Of a stretch of DNA of 64,000 bases, positions 1-11,256 are shown piece after piece. The DNA is from Cyclobacteriaceae bacterium (GTDB taxonomy: Bacteria; Bacteroidota; Bacteroidia; Cytophagales; Cyclobacteriaceae). Position numbers and translations under genes: made by a program. The stretch covers positions 4,409,904 through 4,473,903 of the forward strand of contig OZ254082.1 of assembly GCA_965267535.1 (NCBI GenBank). Direction: 5' to 3'. Each line of letters begins with the position of its first letter. The stretch's first letter is position 1. The notes beneath the pieces are model-generated. The model was not told where the DNA came from. It saw only the letters and a program-made list of their open reading frames with translations, and did no database searches.

Positions 1-47
1 GTAGTAAACTCCAGTTTTCTTTTTCGTGCTTCGTTGTATAAGTCCAT
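1..47 (-). CDS. 5' end of a gene running off the left edge, probably a DUF1501-domain protein
   Basis: ATG at 47 (minus) in an A-rich context 6 nt after the PSD1 gene stop; reads MDLYNEARKRKLEFT. DUF1501 genes typically follow DUF1549/DUF1553 genes; the identity is inferred from context only. Confidence 0.5.
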   Translation of the reverse strand, partial: MDLYNEARKRKLEFT

Positions 48-53
48 AGTTGT

Positions 54-2765
54 TTAGTTTTTCACGATAAATTCATCCATATTCATTAGCGCATTGGCCA
101 TTACGGTTAATGACGCCAGCTCGGGGTTTTCCTCCTGCACAAGTTTTTCTGCCTCTTCTACATTTTCACTGTAGTATTGTTCTGTTTCGTTCAGCAGGTT
201 TACAAGCACATCTACTTTGCCCGGATCGGGCGATTTCCCCATCACTTTTACATACGCTTTTTCCGCTTTGGTTTTCTTGTCTCCGTCTATTTTGAGCACT
301 TCACGAGCCAGGTTCTGGGCTGCCTCTACATACACCGGATCATTCAGTGTAATGAGTGCCTGGAGTGGCGTATTGGTAATTATTCTTCTCGAAAGACATA
401 CTTCCCTTCCTGATGCATCAAAACTTAAAAACGACGGATACGGGCTAGAGCGCCGCACATAGGTATACAAAGCCCGGCGGTAGGCATCTTCTCCTTCACT
501 CGTTATCCATTGCTGGCCATTGTATACTACAGACCATACGCCCTCCGGCTGATGGGGCATTACACTTGGCCCATTCATTTTGTCGCTCAGCAGTCCCGAT
601 ACTGCCAATGCCTGATCTCTGATCTGCTCCGCCGACAACCTCACGCGGGGGCTTCTTGCCAGCCACTTATTATTCGGATCTTTTTCTTTGGCTATAGCAG
701 ACACTTTTGCGCTTTGCTTATATGTGCTGGTCATCACGATGTTTTTTATCAGGGTCTTGAAGCTCCATTGCCATTCACCAGCAAAGCGAAGCGCCAACCA
801 ATCGAGGAGTTCGGGGTGTGTGGGGTAATCTCCCAAAGTCCCGAAATCTTCCACGGTAAGTACTATCCCTTTTCCAAAAATCTTAGCCCAGATACGGTTC
901 ACCGTTACTCTCGCCGTGAGGGGGTTTTCTTCGCTTATCAGCCATTGGGCCAGGTCCATCCGGGTTTTGTAATTTTTTTCGTTCGGGTTTAGCAGTTTTG
1001 GAATGCCCGGCGACACTTCGTCTCCTTTTACCATCCAGTTTCCCCGGATGAAGACATTGGTTTTTCTTCCGTGGTTTTCAAGCTTTTCTACCATTACCGG
1101 AGTGGTGAGCCTCGCTTTTGCATTTAACAGTTCGTCTATGGTTTCATAGATTTCTCCTGCTTTATTGGTTGGCAGTTTTTCTCCCAACAAAAAACCATCG
1201 ATGAAAGTAGTGTAATCTGATTTGGCTCCTTTAAACTGGAAGTACAAGTCGAAAACACCTTCTGCGTTGTTCAATGTAACCGGTATATGCTTAAATCCTC
1301 CCGTTTTGTTTAGCTGGGTTTCCCCCAGCACTCTGCCGGTAGCACTATCTGCCCGAATAGTAAATGTAGCAGCGGCCTTTTGGCTCTGGTTGTGGCTTAA
1401 GTATATCCTATCTACCTGACGCAGATCTACCTGCTTAATCAAGATTTCGGTACCATCGTACACCTGCATATAATCCTGCCCCGATCGATTGTGGTGTATC
1501 ACATTTTCTACATCGTCGAAATCTTCCGGTCTGAGCTTAGGTTCTGCTATTCTCACAAAACGCTCCCACTTGTTGGCCAGCTTTGGTGTTGCCTGTTGCT
1601 CTATCCATTGTTTTACTTCTTCCAAGCGTGCCTCTTCCTCTTCTTGAAACTCTTTGAGTACCGGATGCTCCGTGGGCACATCCCAGTCGGCAGTATTGTT
1701 AAAAAAAGCATAGGAAGTAAAGTACTCTTCGTGCTTTATAGGGTCGTATGGGTGACTATGACACTGCACACAGCTCATGGTGGTGGCTTGCCACACTTCC
1801 CAGGTAGTGTTTACCCGGTCGATCACTGACGACACCCGGTACTCTTCGTTATCAGTTCCTCCTTCACCGTTGTTTAGGGTATTTCGGTGAAATGCCGTGG
1901 CTATCATCTGATCTGTAGACGGGTCGGGCAAAAGGTCTCCAGCCAGCTGCTCAATGGTAAATTGATCAAATGGCATATCGTCATTGAATGCTTTTATCAC
2001 CCAATCTCTATACTTCCATATCTGCCTTGCCCTGTCGGCCTCATACCCTTTGGAGTCTGCATAGCGAGCCAGATCGAGCCACATGCTGGCCCAGTGCTCC
2101 CCATATTTGGGTGAAGCCAGGAGTTGATCTACCGTTTTTTCATAAGCATCGGGATCTGTATTGGCTACAAATTGCTCCACCTGCTCTATCGTTGGGGGTA
2201 CACCTGTTACGTCAAGGTACAGCCTCCTTATCAGGTCATACTTATCCGCCTGCTCCGAGGGGCTCAACTCGTTTTCTTCCATTCTGGCATACACAAATTG
2301 ATCTATAGGGTTTGCTGCCCAATCTTCACCCGTTTCCGGCACTTCAGGGTCTTCCGGTGGCAGATACGCCCAGTGCTCTTCCCATTGTGCGCCTTGCTCT
2401 ATCCACTTTTCCAGCACTTCTATTTCTTCAGGCTTTAAGGGATCGCGATCCAACGGCATACGCATCTCGGGATTGGCATGCTTTATCCGGGCAATCATTT
2501 CGCTTTTTTCGGGATGGCCGGGCACTATACCCAGCTTGCCATTTTTGGTTTCTCCCAGAGCATTTTCTCTAAAAATCAAACCAAAGCCTCCGGACTGTTT
2601 TACTCCTCCATGACAGCTGATACAACTCTTATTGAGTATGGGCCTTACCTGCGTATTGAAATCGACCCGATCTTCCTGGCAGGAGGTAGCTATGAGCAGT
2701 GATGATAAGCAGAAGAGTAACACTCCTGCGCTTGTTTTTTTTACCTGTCTAAATAGAATAGTCAT
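54..2765 (-). CDS. PSCyt1/DUF1549/DUF1553 (PSD1, planctomycete cytochrome c domain) lipoprotein with internal CBM6-like domain
   Basis: Lipobox-like IATSC; two CxxCH motifs (CISCH, CVQCH); family motifs YGEHWASMWLDLARYADS, NPLTARVTVNRIW, PTHPELLDWLA, RLSAEQIRDQAL; internal segment FTIRADSATGRVLG..TGG..GVFDLYFQF resembles CBM6. Confidence 0.9.
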   Translation of the reverse strand: MTILFRQVKKTSAGVLLFCLSSLLIATSCQEDRVDFNTQVRPILNKSCISCHGGVKQSGGFGLIFRENALGETKNGKLGIVPGHPEKSEMIARIKHANPEMRMPLDRDPLKPEEIEVLEKWIEQGAQWEEHWAYLPPEDPEVPETGEDWAANPIDQFVYARMEENELSPSEQADKYDLIRRLYLDVTGVPPTIEQVEQFVANTDPDAYEKTVDQLLASPKYGEHWASMWLDLARYADSKGYEADRARQIWKYRDWVIKAFNDDMPFDQFTIEQLAGDLLPDPSTDQMIATAFHRNTLNNGEGGTDNEEYRVSSVIDRVNTTWEVWQATTMSCVQCHSHPYDPIKHEEYFTSYAFFNNTADWDVPTEHPVLKEFQEEEEARLEEVKQWIEQQATPKLANKWERFVRIAEPKLRPEDFDDVENVIHHNRSGQDYMQVYDGTEILIKQVDLRQVDRIYLSHNQSQKAAATFTIRADSATGRVLGETQLNKTGGFKHIPVTLNNAEGVFDLYFQFKGAKSDYTTFIDGFLLGEKLPTNKAGEIYETIDELLNAKARLTTPVMVEKLENHGRKTNVFIRGNWMVKGDEVSPGIPKLLNPNEKNYKTRMDLAQWLISEENPLTARVTVNRIWAKIFGKGIVLTVEDFGTLGDYPTHPELLDWLALRFAGEWQWSFKTLIKNIVMTSTYKQSAKVSAIAKEKDPNNKWLARSPRVRLSAEQIRDQALAVSGLLSDKMNGPSVMPHQPEGVWSVVYNGQQWITSEGEDAYRRALYTYVRRSSPYPSFLSFDASGREVCLSRRIITNTPLQALITLNDPVYVEAAQNLAREVLKIDGDKKTKAEKAYVKVMGKSPDPGKVDVLVNLLNETEQYYSENVEEAEKLVQEENPELASLTVMANALMNMDEFIVKN

Positions 2766-2872
2766 TGTTGTGATTGTGTAGTAAAATTTCCAATCTCAAA
2801 AATGCTATTTTACTACAAACTTGACTTGTCTAACCGTATCAAGGGCTTGACTGAACGTATCGAAGGGGTAAA

Positions 2873-5770
2873 TTATTGAGCTTGTACGTACGCTGAGGGC
2901 GATTTTCCAAATTTTTCTTTAAACGAGCGTGTAAAGTGTGCATGTGATTTAAAACCTATAGTATAGGCCACTTCACTTACGCTTCTCGGGTTTGCATCGA
3001 GGTACAATCGGGCCTTTTCGAGCCTGATATCTTTAATGAAATTAGACACAGTTTGTCCGGTAATTTCTTTCACTTTTCTAAACAGCTTGGCTCTGCTCAT
3101 ACCCAACTCTGTGCACATCGCTTCGATGGACAAATCGTCGTTGGTCATGTTGGATTCTACATAGGTAACTATGCGCTCAATCAGCGCATGGTCTTCGCTG
3201 TTTTTAGACAGTATAACAGACTCTCCCTCGGTATGATTATTAAATACTAAATCGGCTAAGGAAGGCTGCTCTCCCTGTCGGCGTGCCAGCTTTCTGTACA
3301 GAAAAAAAGCTAAAAGCAGAAGCGAAACTATTGTCAGCAGAATAGCTGCTTTGAATATCATAGTCTCCCATATCACAGGAGTAATCCGTATTGTCAGCGC
3401 AAGACCTTCTCTGTTCCACACGCCATCGTTGTTGGCTCCTTTTACCCTGAGTCGGTAAGTTCCCGAAGGAAGGTTTGCAAAAGAGGCCAACCCCTTATTG
3501 CCTACATACCGCCAGGTATCGTCGTACCCTTCTAGCATATAGGCATATTGATTTTTTTGTGACTTCACATAATTGAGTGCCGAAAACGAAACGTCTAACA
3601 GGGAGGCATCTTCTCTCGACAAAGTGATATCCGGTTCTTCACCTCCTGTTGGCTTCTGCTTCATCTCCATCGCCTTGCCATTTACTTTCACTCCTGTCAA
3701 TACTACCGGCGGCTTATTAGGATTTACATTCATCCTGTCGGGATTGAATACATTGAGCCCTTCCAGACCTCCCAGCAATACCTCGCCGGAGAGGTTATGG
3801 TAGATGGCGGTTTGTTCATTGAACACCTCACCCTGCAATCCATCGTTGGTATTGAATCTATTGACAATATAAATCGACTGATTCACATGGTCTACTTCAC
3901 ATTTGTACAGACCGTCCTGGCATGTAATCCAAAAAACGCCGTGCTTGTCTTCTACTATGTTGGTGATTTTTTTCAGCTCATCATTGGCATTAGTCACTCT
4001 GAATTTTACGGGCTTCCTGTTTACATCCAGCATAACCAATCCCTCGTCGAGTGTGTTGAGCCAAAGGTGCTGCTGACTATCTTCATGGATATAAGACACC
4101 CACCGTGGAGTTTCACCAGCAGCTACCGCTTCATACAAGCACGCCTCAAATCGCTGGCTTTTCTCATTGAAGTAATGCAAACCTGTCTCTGAAGCTACCC
4201 ATAGCTTGTACGTATAGTCCAGCATCATACTGTTCACTTTACCCAGCGGGATTTTTTCTTTTCGGAGGAAAGAAAAATCATAGTGCGTGGCTTTTTCGGA
4301 TTTTGGATCAAAAAAAGCAGCACCACCGTCTAGTCCGAGCCAAATTCCACCGGCCTTTTGCACCACTTTCCTTACCAAATCGGAAGGTATACTGTGTGGA
4401 TCCTGCGTGTGGTGACGGTAATATGTGAACTTGCCATTAGCTGAATTGTACTCAGCCAGTCCGTTTTCCAGCGTGGCTATCCACAATTTTTTATGTTTTG
4501 GATCGTACGACAGCCCATTGATGGTTTTGTCTTTAAAACCTGAAAAAGACTTTATTTTCTTGGTTTTGATGTCCATCAGACACAATCCTCCTCCATGCGT
4601 TCCCAGCCAGACATTTCCTTCAGTATTTACAGCCATTGCCGACACATTGTTCATGGGCAGAGAACTGCTACTGCCTTTGACATGGCGATATACCTCTATG
4701 GCTGCCGGATAATTATCCTGTATTTTCACTCCGCCGTTTGAAGTCGCAATCACTACTTCTCCGGTGCGCAGCTTATAATGTGCAAACACACTGGCCTTGC
4801 TGCCAAAGGGGTTGTAATTTCCCTGCGTATCGAAGCGAAAAAAATTATCTTCCCTGCCGTTGTATATGCTTATACCGCCGTTCATACCGCCTACCATGAG
4901 AGCGCCATTGTTGTCTTCGATAATCGAATAGACCGTATTGCTGGCCAGACTGGTAGATTTATTTTCGTTTCTGTACCATCTAAATGTTTTGGTTTTTTCT
5001 TCAAAGCGATTGAGTCCTCCTCGCTCGGCTCCCACCCATAGCTGGCCACTGTCGTCTTCGTATATGGCACTTATACTATTTCCACTTATGCAATTGTCTT
5101 TGTTTATATTTTTCTGAAACCGCTCCATTTGCCCTGTTTCCGGATCCAGCAGGTTGAGACCTGAAAACGCTGTACCTATCCAAAACCTGCCTTTACTATC
5201 TTCCAGTATGGTGGTTATTACATTTCCACTGAGGGTTTCCGGATTTTGAGGGTCATGGGTGAAATTGACAAAGTCATTTGACGATTCCCTATACAAACTC
5301 AGCCCACCCCAGGAACCTACCCACATTCTGTCTTTGCTGTCGCGGTATACTACCTCCACATTGGGGCTGGGAAGTGTATGCTGGTTTCCTTCTTCCGGAA
5401 AAAAGTGCTCAAAGTTGCCACCTACCATTCGATTCAAACCATACTTAGTTCCTACCCAGAGCTGTTGGTGTTTGTCTTCCGCTATACTGTTTATATAGTT
5501 GCTGCTAATGCTCCTTGTATTGTTTTCTATGGTTTGGTAGGTCTGGTAGGTATTGCCATCGTAGCGATTGAGTCCGTTGATAGTACCCAGCCACAAAAAA
5601 CCGGTTTGATCCTGAAAAATACAATTGACTGTATGGTGAGAAAGCCCCTCGAAAGGAAGTTGTATAAAATGAAGATTTTTATCCCGTTCTGCGGCAAAGG
5701 CATGGCTATACAGCAGTATGGCCATAGCCATACTTATCATGAAGCCATATTGTTTTACCAGCAGTCGCAT
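2873..5770 (-). CDS. Membrane-spanning sensor/regulator: Reg_prop beta-propeller repeats + Y_Y_Y + 1 TM + AraC HTH (HTCS-like but lacking kinase and receiver)
   Basis: Signal peptide; repeated DxxGxLWxGTxxGL units; YAYMLEGYDDTW...LPSGTYRLRVKGANNDGVWN; hydrophobic stretch near aa 805-830; C-terminal LGMSRAKLFRKVKEITG...VAYTIGFKSHAHFTRSFKEKFGKSPS. Confidence 0.9.
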   Translation of the reverse strand: MRLLVKQYGFMISMAMAILLYSHAFAAERDKNLHFIQLPFEGLSHHTVNCIFQDQTGFLWLGTINGLNRYDGNTYQTYQTIENNTRSISSNYINSIAEDKHQQLWVGTKYGLNRMVGGNFEHFFPEEGNQHTLPSPNVEVVYRDSKDRMWVGSWGGLSLYRESSNDFVNFTHDPQNPETLSGNVITTILEDSKGRFWIGTAFSGLNLLDPETGQMERFQKNINKDNCISGNSISAIYEDDSGQLWVGAERGGLNRFEEKTKTFRWYRNENKSTSLASNTVYSIIEDNNGALMVGGMNGGISIYNGREDNFFRFDTQGNYNPFGSKASVFAHYKLRTGEVVIATSNGGVKIQDNYPAAIEVYRHVKGSSSSLPMNNVSAMAVNTEGNVWLGTHGGGLCLMDIKTKKIKSFSGFKDKTINGLSYDPKHKKLWIATLENGLAEYNSANGKFTYYRHHTQDPHSIPSDLVRKVVQKAGGIWLGLDGGAAFFDPKSEKATHYDFSFLRKEKIPLGKVNSMMLDYTYKLWVASETGLHYFNEKSQRFEACLYEAVAAGETPRWVSYIHEDSQQHLWLNTLDEGLVMLDVNRKPVKFRVTNANDELKKITNIVEDKHGVFWITCQDGLYKCEVDHVNQSIYIVNRFNTNDGLQGEVFNEQTAIYHNLSGEVLLGGLEGLNVFNPDRMNVNPNKPPVVLTGVKVNGKAMEMKQKPTGGEEPDITLSREDASLLDVSFSALNYVKSQKNQYAYMLEGYDDTWRYVGNKGLASFANLPSGTYRLRVKGANNDGVWNREGLALTIRITPVIWETMIFKAAILLTIVSLLLLAFFLYRKLARRQGEQPSLADLVFNNHTEGESVILSKNSEDHALIERIVTYVESNMTNDDLSIEAMCTELGMSRAKLFRKVKEITGQTVSNFIKDIRLEKARLYLDANPRSVSEVAYTIGFKSHAHFTRSFKEKFGKSPSAYVQAQ

Positions 5771-5800
5771 TGATGAATCAGGGTGTGTTATCTCAACTTA

Positions 5801-5808
5801 CAAAAGTA
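5801..5808 (-). promoter_or_regulatory. Bacteroidota sigma70 -7 box (TACTTTTG) for the sensor-AraC gene
   Basis: Exact TAnnTTTG match about 30 nt upstream of the ATG at 5770. Confidence 0.6.
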
Positions 5809-5924
5809 CAGATTTTAAACCACTTTCAAATCCAATGCCAACCGCCAAACGAGTATATATCAATTGTGTGTCTTTTTAGAGCAATGGTAAATAAGGCATT
5901 TGCTCCTGTTTTACCGGAAACAAA

Positions 5925-5995
5925 AAAACTCTGCCTCAAAAGGTCGGTGTTTGCGGGTTTCCCCAAAAACCGTTTCCCTTTAGAGGCAGAGTTTT
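5925..5995. repeat. Long intergenic inverted repeat / stem-loop
   Basis: AAAACTCTGCCTCAAAAGG (5925-5943) is complementary to CCTTTAGAGGCAGAGTTTT (5977-5995) with one mismatch; inner arms also pair (cggt/accg, ggg/ccc). Confidence 0.75.
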
Positions 5996-6061
5996 ACTAA
6001 GTGGTTTTCTATGCTCAGGCCTGCTTCACGCTATCAAGCAGAGGCTAGCGCACAAAAACCT

Positions 6062-6087
6062 GCTTTGCCTGAAATACAGGCACAAGC
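6062..6087 (-). terminator. Probable icd terminator hairpin
   Basis: tgcctg/caggca plus gctt/aagc stem directly after the icd stop, followed by GGTTTTT on the minus strand. Confidence 0.55.
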
Positions 6088-8328
<2,241 letters not shown>

Positions 8329-8555
8329 TCAAGTAGTGATACTCTCGCCACTCTTTTTTTGTATATGGATAATGTAACGGTTGATAATACTTGTGCCCGT
8401 TTTGGCCGTTTTACCTGCGAAAACAGACATTTTTTAAAGGTGCGAATTTAGATAAATGTTTCGTAATAAGGGATTTAATCCCATTCATTTTGTGGAAATA
8501 ATGGCCGCTAACCAAAAAGCATCGCCACAGATGAGGCTATCACCTGACAAAGACC

Positions 8556-11162
8556 TTATTTTCCTTTCAAAATAGACTTGATTTCATTGAGCTTTAGCAA
8601 GGCTTCTACCGGCGATATGGTGTTTACATCCAGTTTATTGAGAAGAGCAAGCACTTCTTCGTAGTGAGGGTCGGCCTCAAACATGCTCAATTGGAAATTG
8701 TTTTTGGGCAGGCTTTCAATTTTTTGATCGTGCTGCTCTTTGATTTTATCTTTTTCGAGGTGATGCAGTATTTCATTGGCACGAATTACTACTTCGTTGG
8801 GCATACCGGCCATTTGCGCCACGTGTATACCAAAGCTGTGCTCGCTCCCTCCTTCTTTGAGCTTGCGCATGAAAATCACGCGATTGTCGAGTTCTTTCAC
8901 CGACACATTGAAGTTTTTCACTCTGGGAAAGTCCTCGGCTATCTGATTGAGTTCGTGATAGTGGGTAGCAAACATGGTTTTGGCCTTGCATCGGGGGTGG
9001 TTGTGTATATGCTCTACAATAGACCAGGCAATAGACACCCCATCGTATGTGCTCGTACCCCTGCCTATCTCATCCATCAGCACCAGGCTTTTTTCACTCA
9101 GGTTGTTGAGTATGCTGGCGGTTTCGGTCATCTCCACCATAAAAGTCGACTCCCCTTTGGAAAGGTTGTCAGAGGCTCCTACACGTGTAAACACTTTGTC
9201 TACTATGCCTACCTTGGCATAAGCCGCCGGCACAAACGAGCCCATTTGCGCCATCAGTACTATGAGAGCCGTCTGCCGTAGCAAGGCCGACTTACCCGCC
9301 ATGTTGGGTCCTGTAATGACCATAATCTGCTGCGACACATCATCCAGAAAAACACTGTTGGGAATGTAGTCTTCTCCTGCCGGCAACTGCTGCTCGATTA
9401 CCGGATGCCTGCCTTCTTTTATATCTATCAGGTTTTCTTCTGTGATACCCGGGCGGCAATAGTTGTTTTTAATCGCTATTTCAGCAAATGACGACAGACA
9501 ATCTATCATGCCGATTGTCTTGGCGTTTTGCTGTATTTCGGCCACATAATCTGCAGCAAACAATACCAGATCGCGAAACAATCGCTGCTCGATCACATGG
9601 AGTTTGTCTTCTGCATTCAGTATTTTTTCTTCGTAGGTCTTCAGTTCTTCGGTAATGTATCGCTCTGCATTTACCAGTGTCTGCTTTCTGATCCATTCCG
9701 TCGGCACCTTGTCTTTGTGTGCATTGCTCACCTCCAGGTAATACCCAAAAACCTTGTTGTAGGCTATTTTAAGTGATGATATACCCGTTCGCTCTATCTC
9801 TCTTTTTTGTATTTGGAGTAAAAAGTCTTTACCGGAGTAGGCAATGCTGCGCAATTCGTCCAGCTCTTCGTTCACCCCATCTTTTATCACATTGCCGAGG
9901 TTGCTGTGAATGGGCGCATCCTCTTTTAGCTCCTTTTCTACTTTTTCGAGCAGGTGAGTGCAGGGGTTCAGCAGGTCCGAGTATTTTTCCAGGGTAGCAT
10001 TACCCGATGCTTTCAGCTCTGCGATGATCGGCGCTATGTTAGTGACAGCCTTTTTGAGCTGAACCATCTCCCGGGGATTGATCCGCAGTACGGATACTTT
10101 CGAGATGAGCCGCTCCAGATCTCCTATGTGCTTAAGCAAGCCGAGGAGTTTATCCTGTAGGGGTTGATTTTCTACCAGCGCTTCTACCACCGATAAGCGT
10201 TCTTCTATCACTGCTTTGTCTTTGAGTGGCAATACCAGCCACTTTTTGAGCATACGGGCTCCCATAGGAGTCAGTGTTTTGTCCAGTATGTCGATAAGCG
10301 GCGTACCATCCGACTGCTGGGTGTAAAGCAGCTCGAGGTTGCGAATGGTAAACTTGTCGAGCCACACATACTTATCTGCCTCTATACGTGACATGGCAGA
10401 TACATGTCCAATCTCTTTATGCTCGGTTTCTTCTAGGTAAAAAAGCACAGCCCCCGCTGCACAAATCGCCTCCTGCATGTCTTCCACGCCAAACCCCTTG
10501 AGGTTAGTCGTCTTGAAGTGAGACGTTAGTTTTTCATAGCCATAGTCTAAGCCAAAAATCCACTCTTCCAGACAATAGGTATTGTACTTGTCCTGCAGCC
10601 TGTCATCGAAACGCTGCTTGAATTTTTTGCAGAAGATGACTTCCGACGGGTTAAAACCCTGCAGCAATTTGTCTATGTAGTCTTCATTGCCCTGCGATAC
10701 CATAAACTCCCCCGTACTGAGGTCGAGCAGCGATATCCCTATGGTATCCTTACCAAAAGAGAGTGCTGCCAGGTAGTTGTTGCTCCGTTGGTCGAGCACA
10801 TTGTCGTTCATAGATAGCCCCGGAGTTACCAGTTCAGTAACGCCTCGCTTTACTATGCCCTTCACAGACTTGGGGTCTTCCAATTGGTCGCAAATAGCCA
10901 CTCGGTTGCCGGCTCTCACCAGCTTGGGCAGGTAGGTATCCAGCGAATGGTGTGGAAAGCCTGCCAGCTCTATATGTGCTGCAGATCCATTGGCTCGCTT
11001 GGTCAGCACAATGTCCAGTATTTTACTGGCTTTAACAGCATCTTCGCCAAAAGTCTCGTAAAAGTCGCCCACCCTAAACAGCAACAACGCACCGGGGTGC
11101 TTTGCCTTTATGGCATTGTACTGCTTCATCAACGGGGTTTCTTTTTTTGCTTTTGCTGCCAT
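8556..11162 (-). CDS. mutS: DNA mismatch repair protein MutS
   Basis: TPLMKQY, LFRVGDFYETF, Walker A GPNMAGKS, DEIGRGTSTYDG, FATHYHEL; likely start MAAK at 11162 below a TAAATTCG box (11182-11189). Confidence 0.97.
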   Translation of the reverse strand: MAAKAKKETPLMKQYNAIKAKHPGALLLFRVGDFYETFGEDAVKASKILDIVLTKRANGSAAHIELAGFPHHSLDTYLPKLVRAGNRVAICDQLEDPKSVKGIVKRGVTELVTPGLSMNDNVLDQRSNNYLAALSFGKDTIGISLLDLSTGEFMVSQGNEDYIDKLLQGFNPSEVIFCKKFKQRFDDRLQDKYNTYCLEEWIFGLDYGYEKLTSHFKTTNLKGFGVEDMQEAICAAGAVLFYLEETEHKEIGHVSAMSRIEADKYVWLDKFTIRNLELLYTQQSDGTPLIDILDKTLTPMGARMLKKWLVLPLKDKAVIEERLSVVEALVENQPLQDKLLGLLKHIGDLERLISKVSVLRINPREMVQLKKAVTNIAPIIAELKASGNATLEKYSDLLNPCTHLLEKVEKELKEDAPIHSNLGNVIKDGVNEELDELRSIAYSGKDFLLQIQKREIERTGISSLKIAYNKVFGYYLEVSNAHKDKVPTEWIRKQTLVNAERYITEELKTYEEKILNAEDKLHVIEQRLFRDLVLFAADYVAEIQQNAKTIGMIDCLSSFAEIAIKNNYCRPGITEENLIDIKEGRHPVIEQQLPAGEDYIPNSVFLDDVSQQIMVITGPNMAGKSALLRQTALIVLMAQMGSFVPAAYAKVGIVDKVFTRVGASDNLSKGESTFMVEMTETASILNNLSEKSLVLMDEIGRGTSTYDGVSIAWSIVEHIHNHPRCKAKTMFATHYHELNQIAEDFPRVKNFNVSVKELDNRVIFMRKLKEGGSEHSFGIHVAQMAGMPNEVVIRANEILHHLEKDKIKEQHDQKIESLPKNNFQLSMFEADPHYEEVLALLNKLDVNTISPVEALLKLNEIKSILKGK

Positions 11163-11256
11163 GTGCTTTCTTTTCAAAGGGCGAATTTAAAAAGTCGATG
11201 GATACTTACCCAATACCAATCGGGTATTTTGAAAAGCGCTCGTTTCGAATGCCTTA

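Noticed and set aside
8329-8331. Selenocysteine or read-through at the in-frame TGA before icd
   Set aside because: No SECIS-like element was recognised downstream, and IDH homology begins at the ATG at 8316.
8664-9281. Long antisense or alternate-frame ORFs (this 205-aa one, also 24621-25205, 29616-30245, 39633-40268, 38789-39370, 55055-55528 and many shorter)
   Set aside because: They lie opposite or inside well-conserved genes and have no recognisable motifs; they are typical shadow ORFs.
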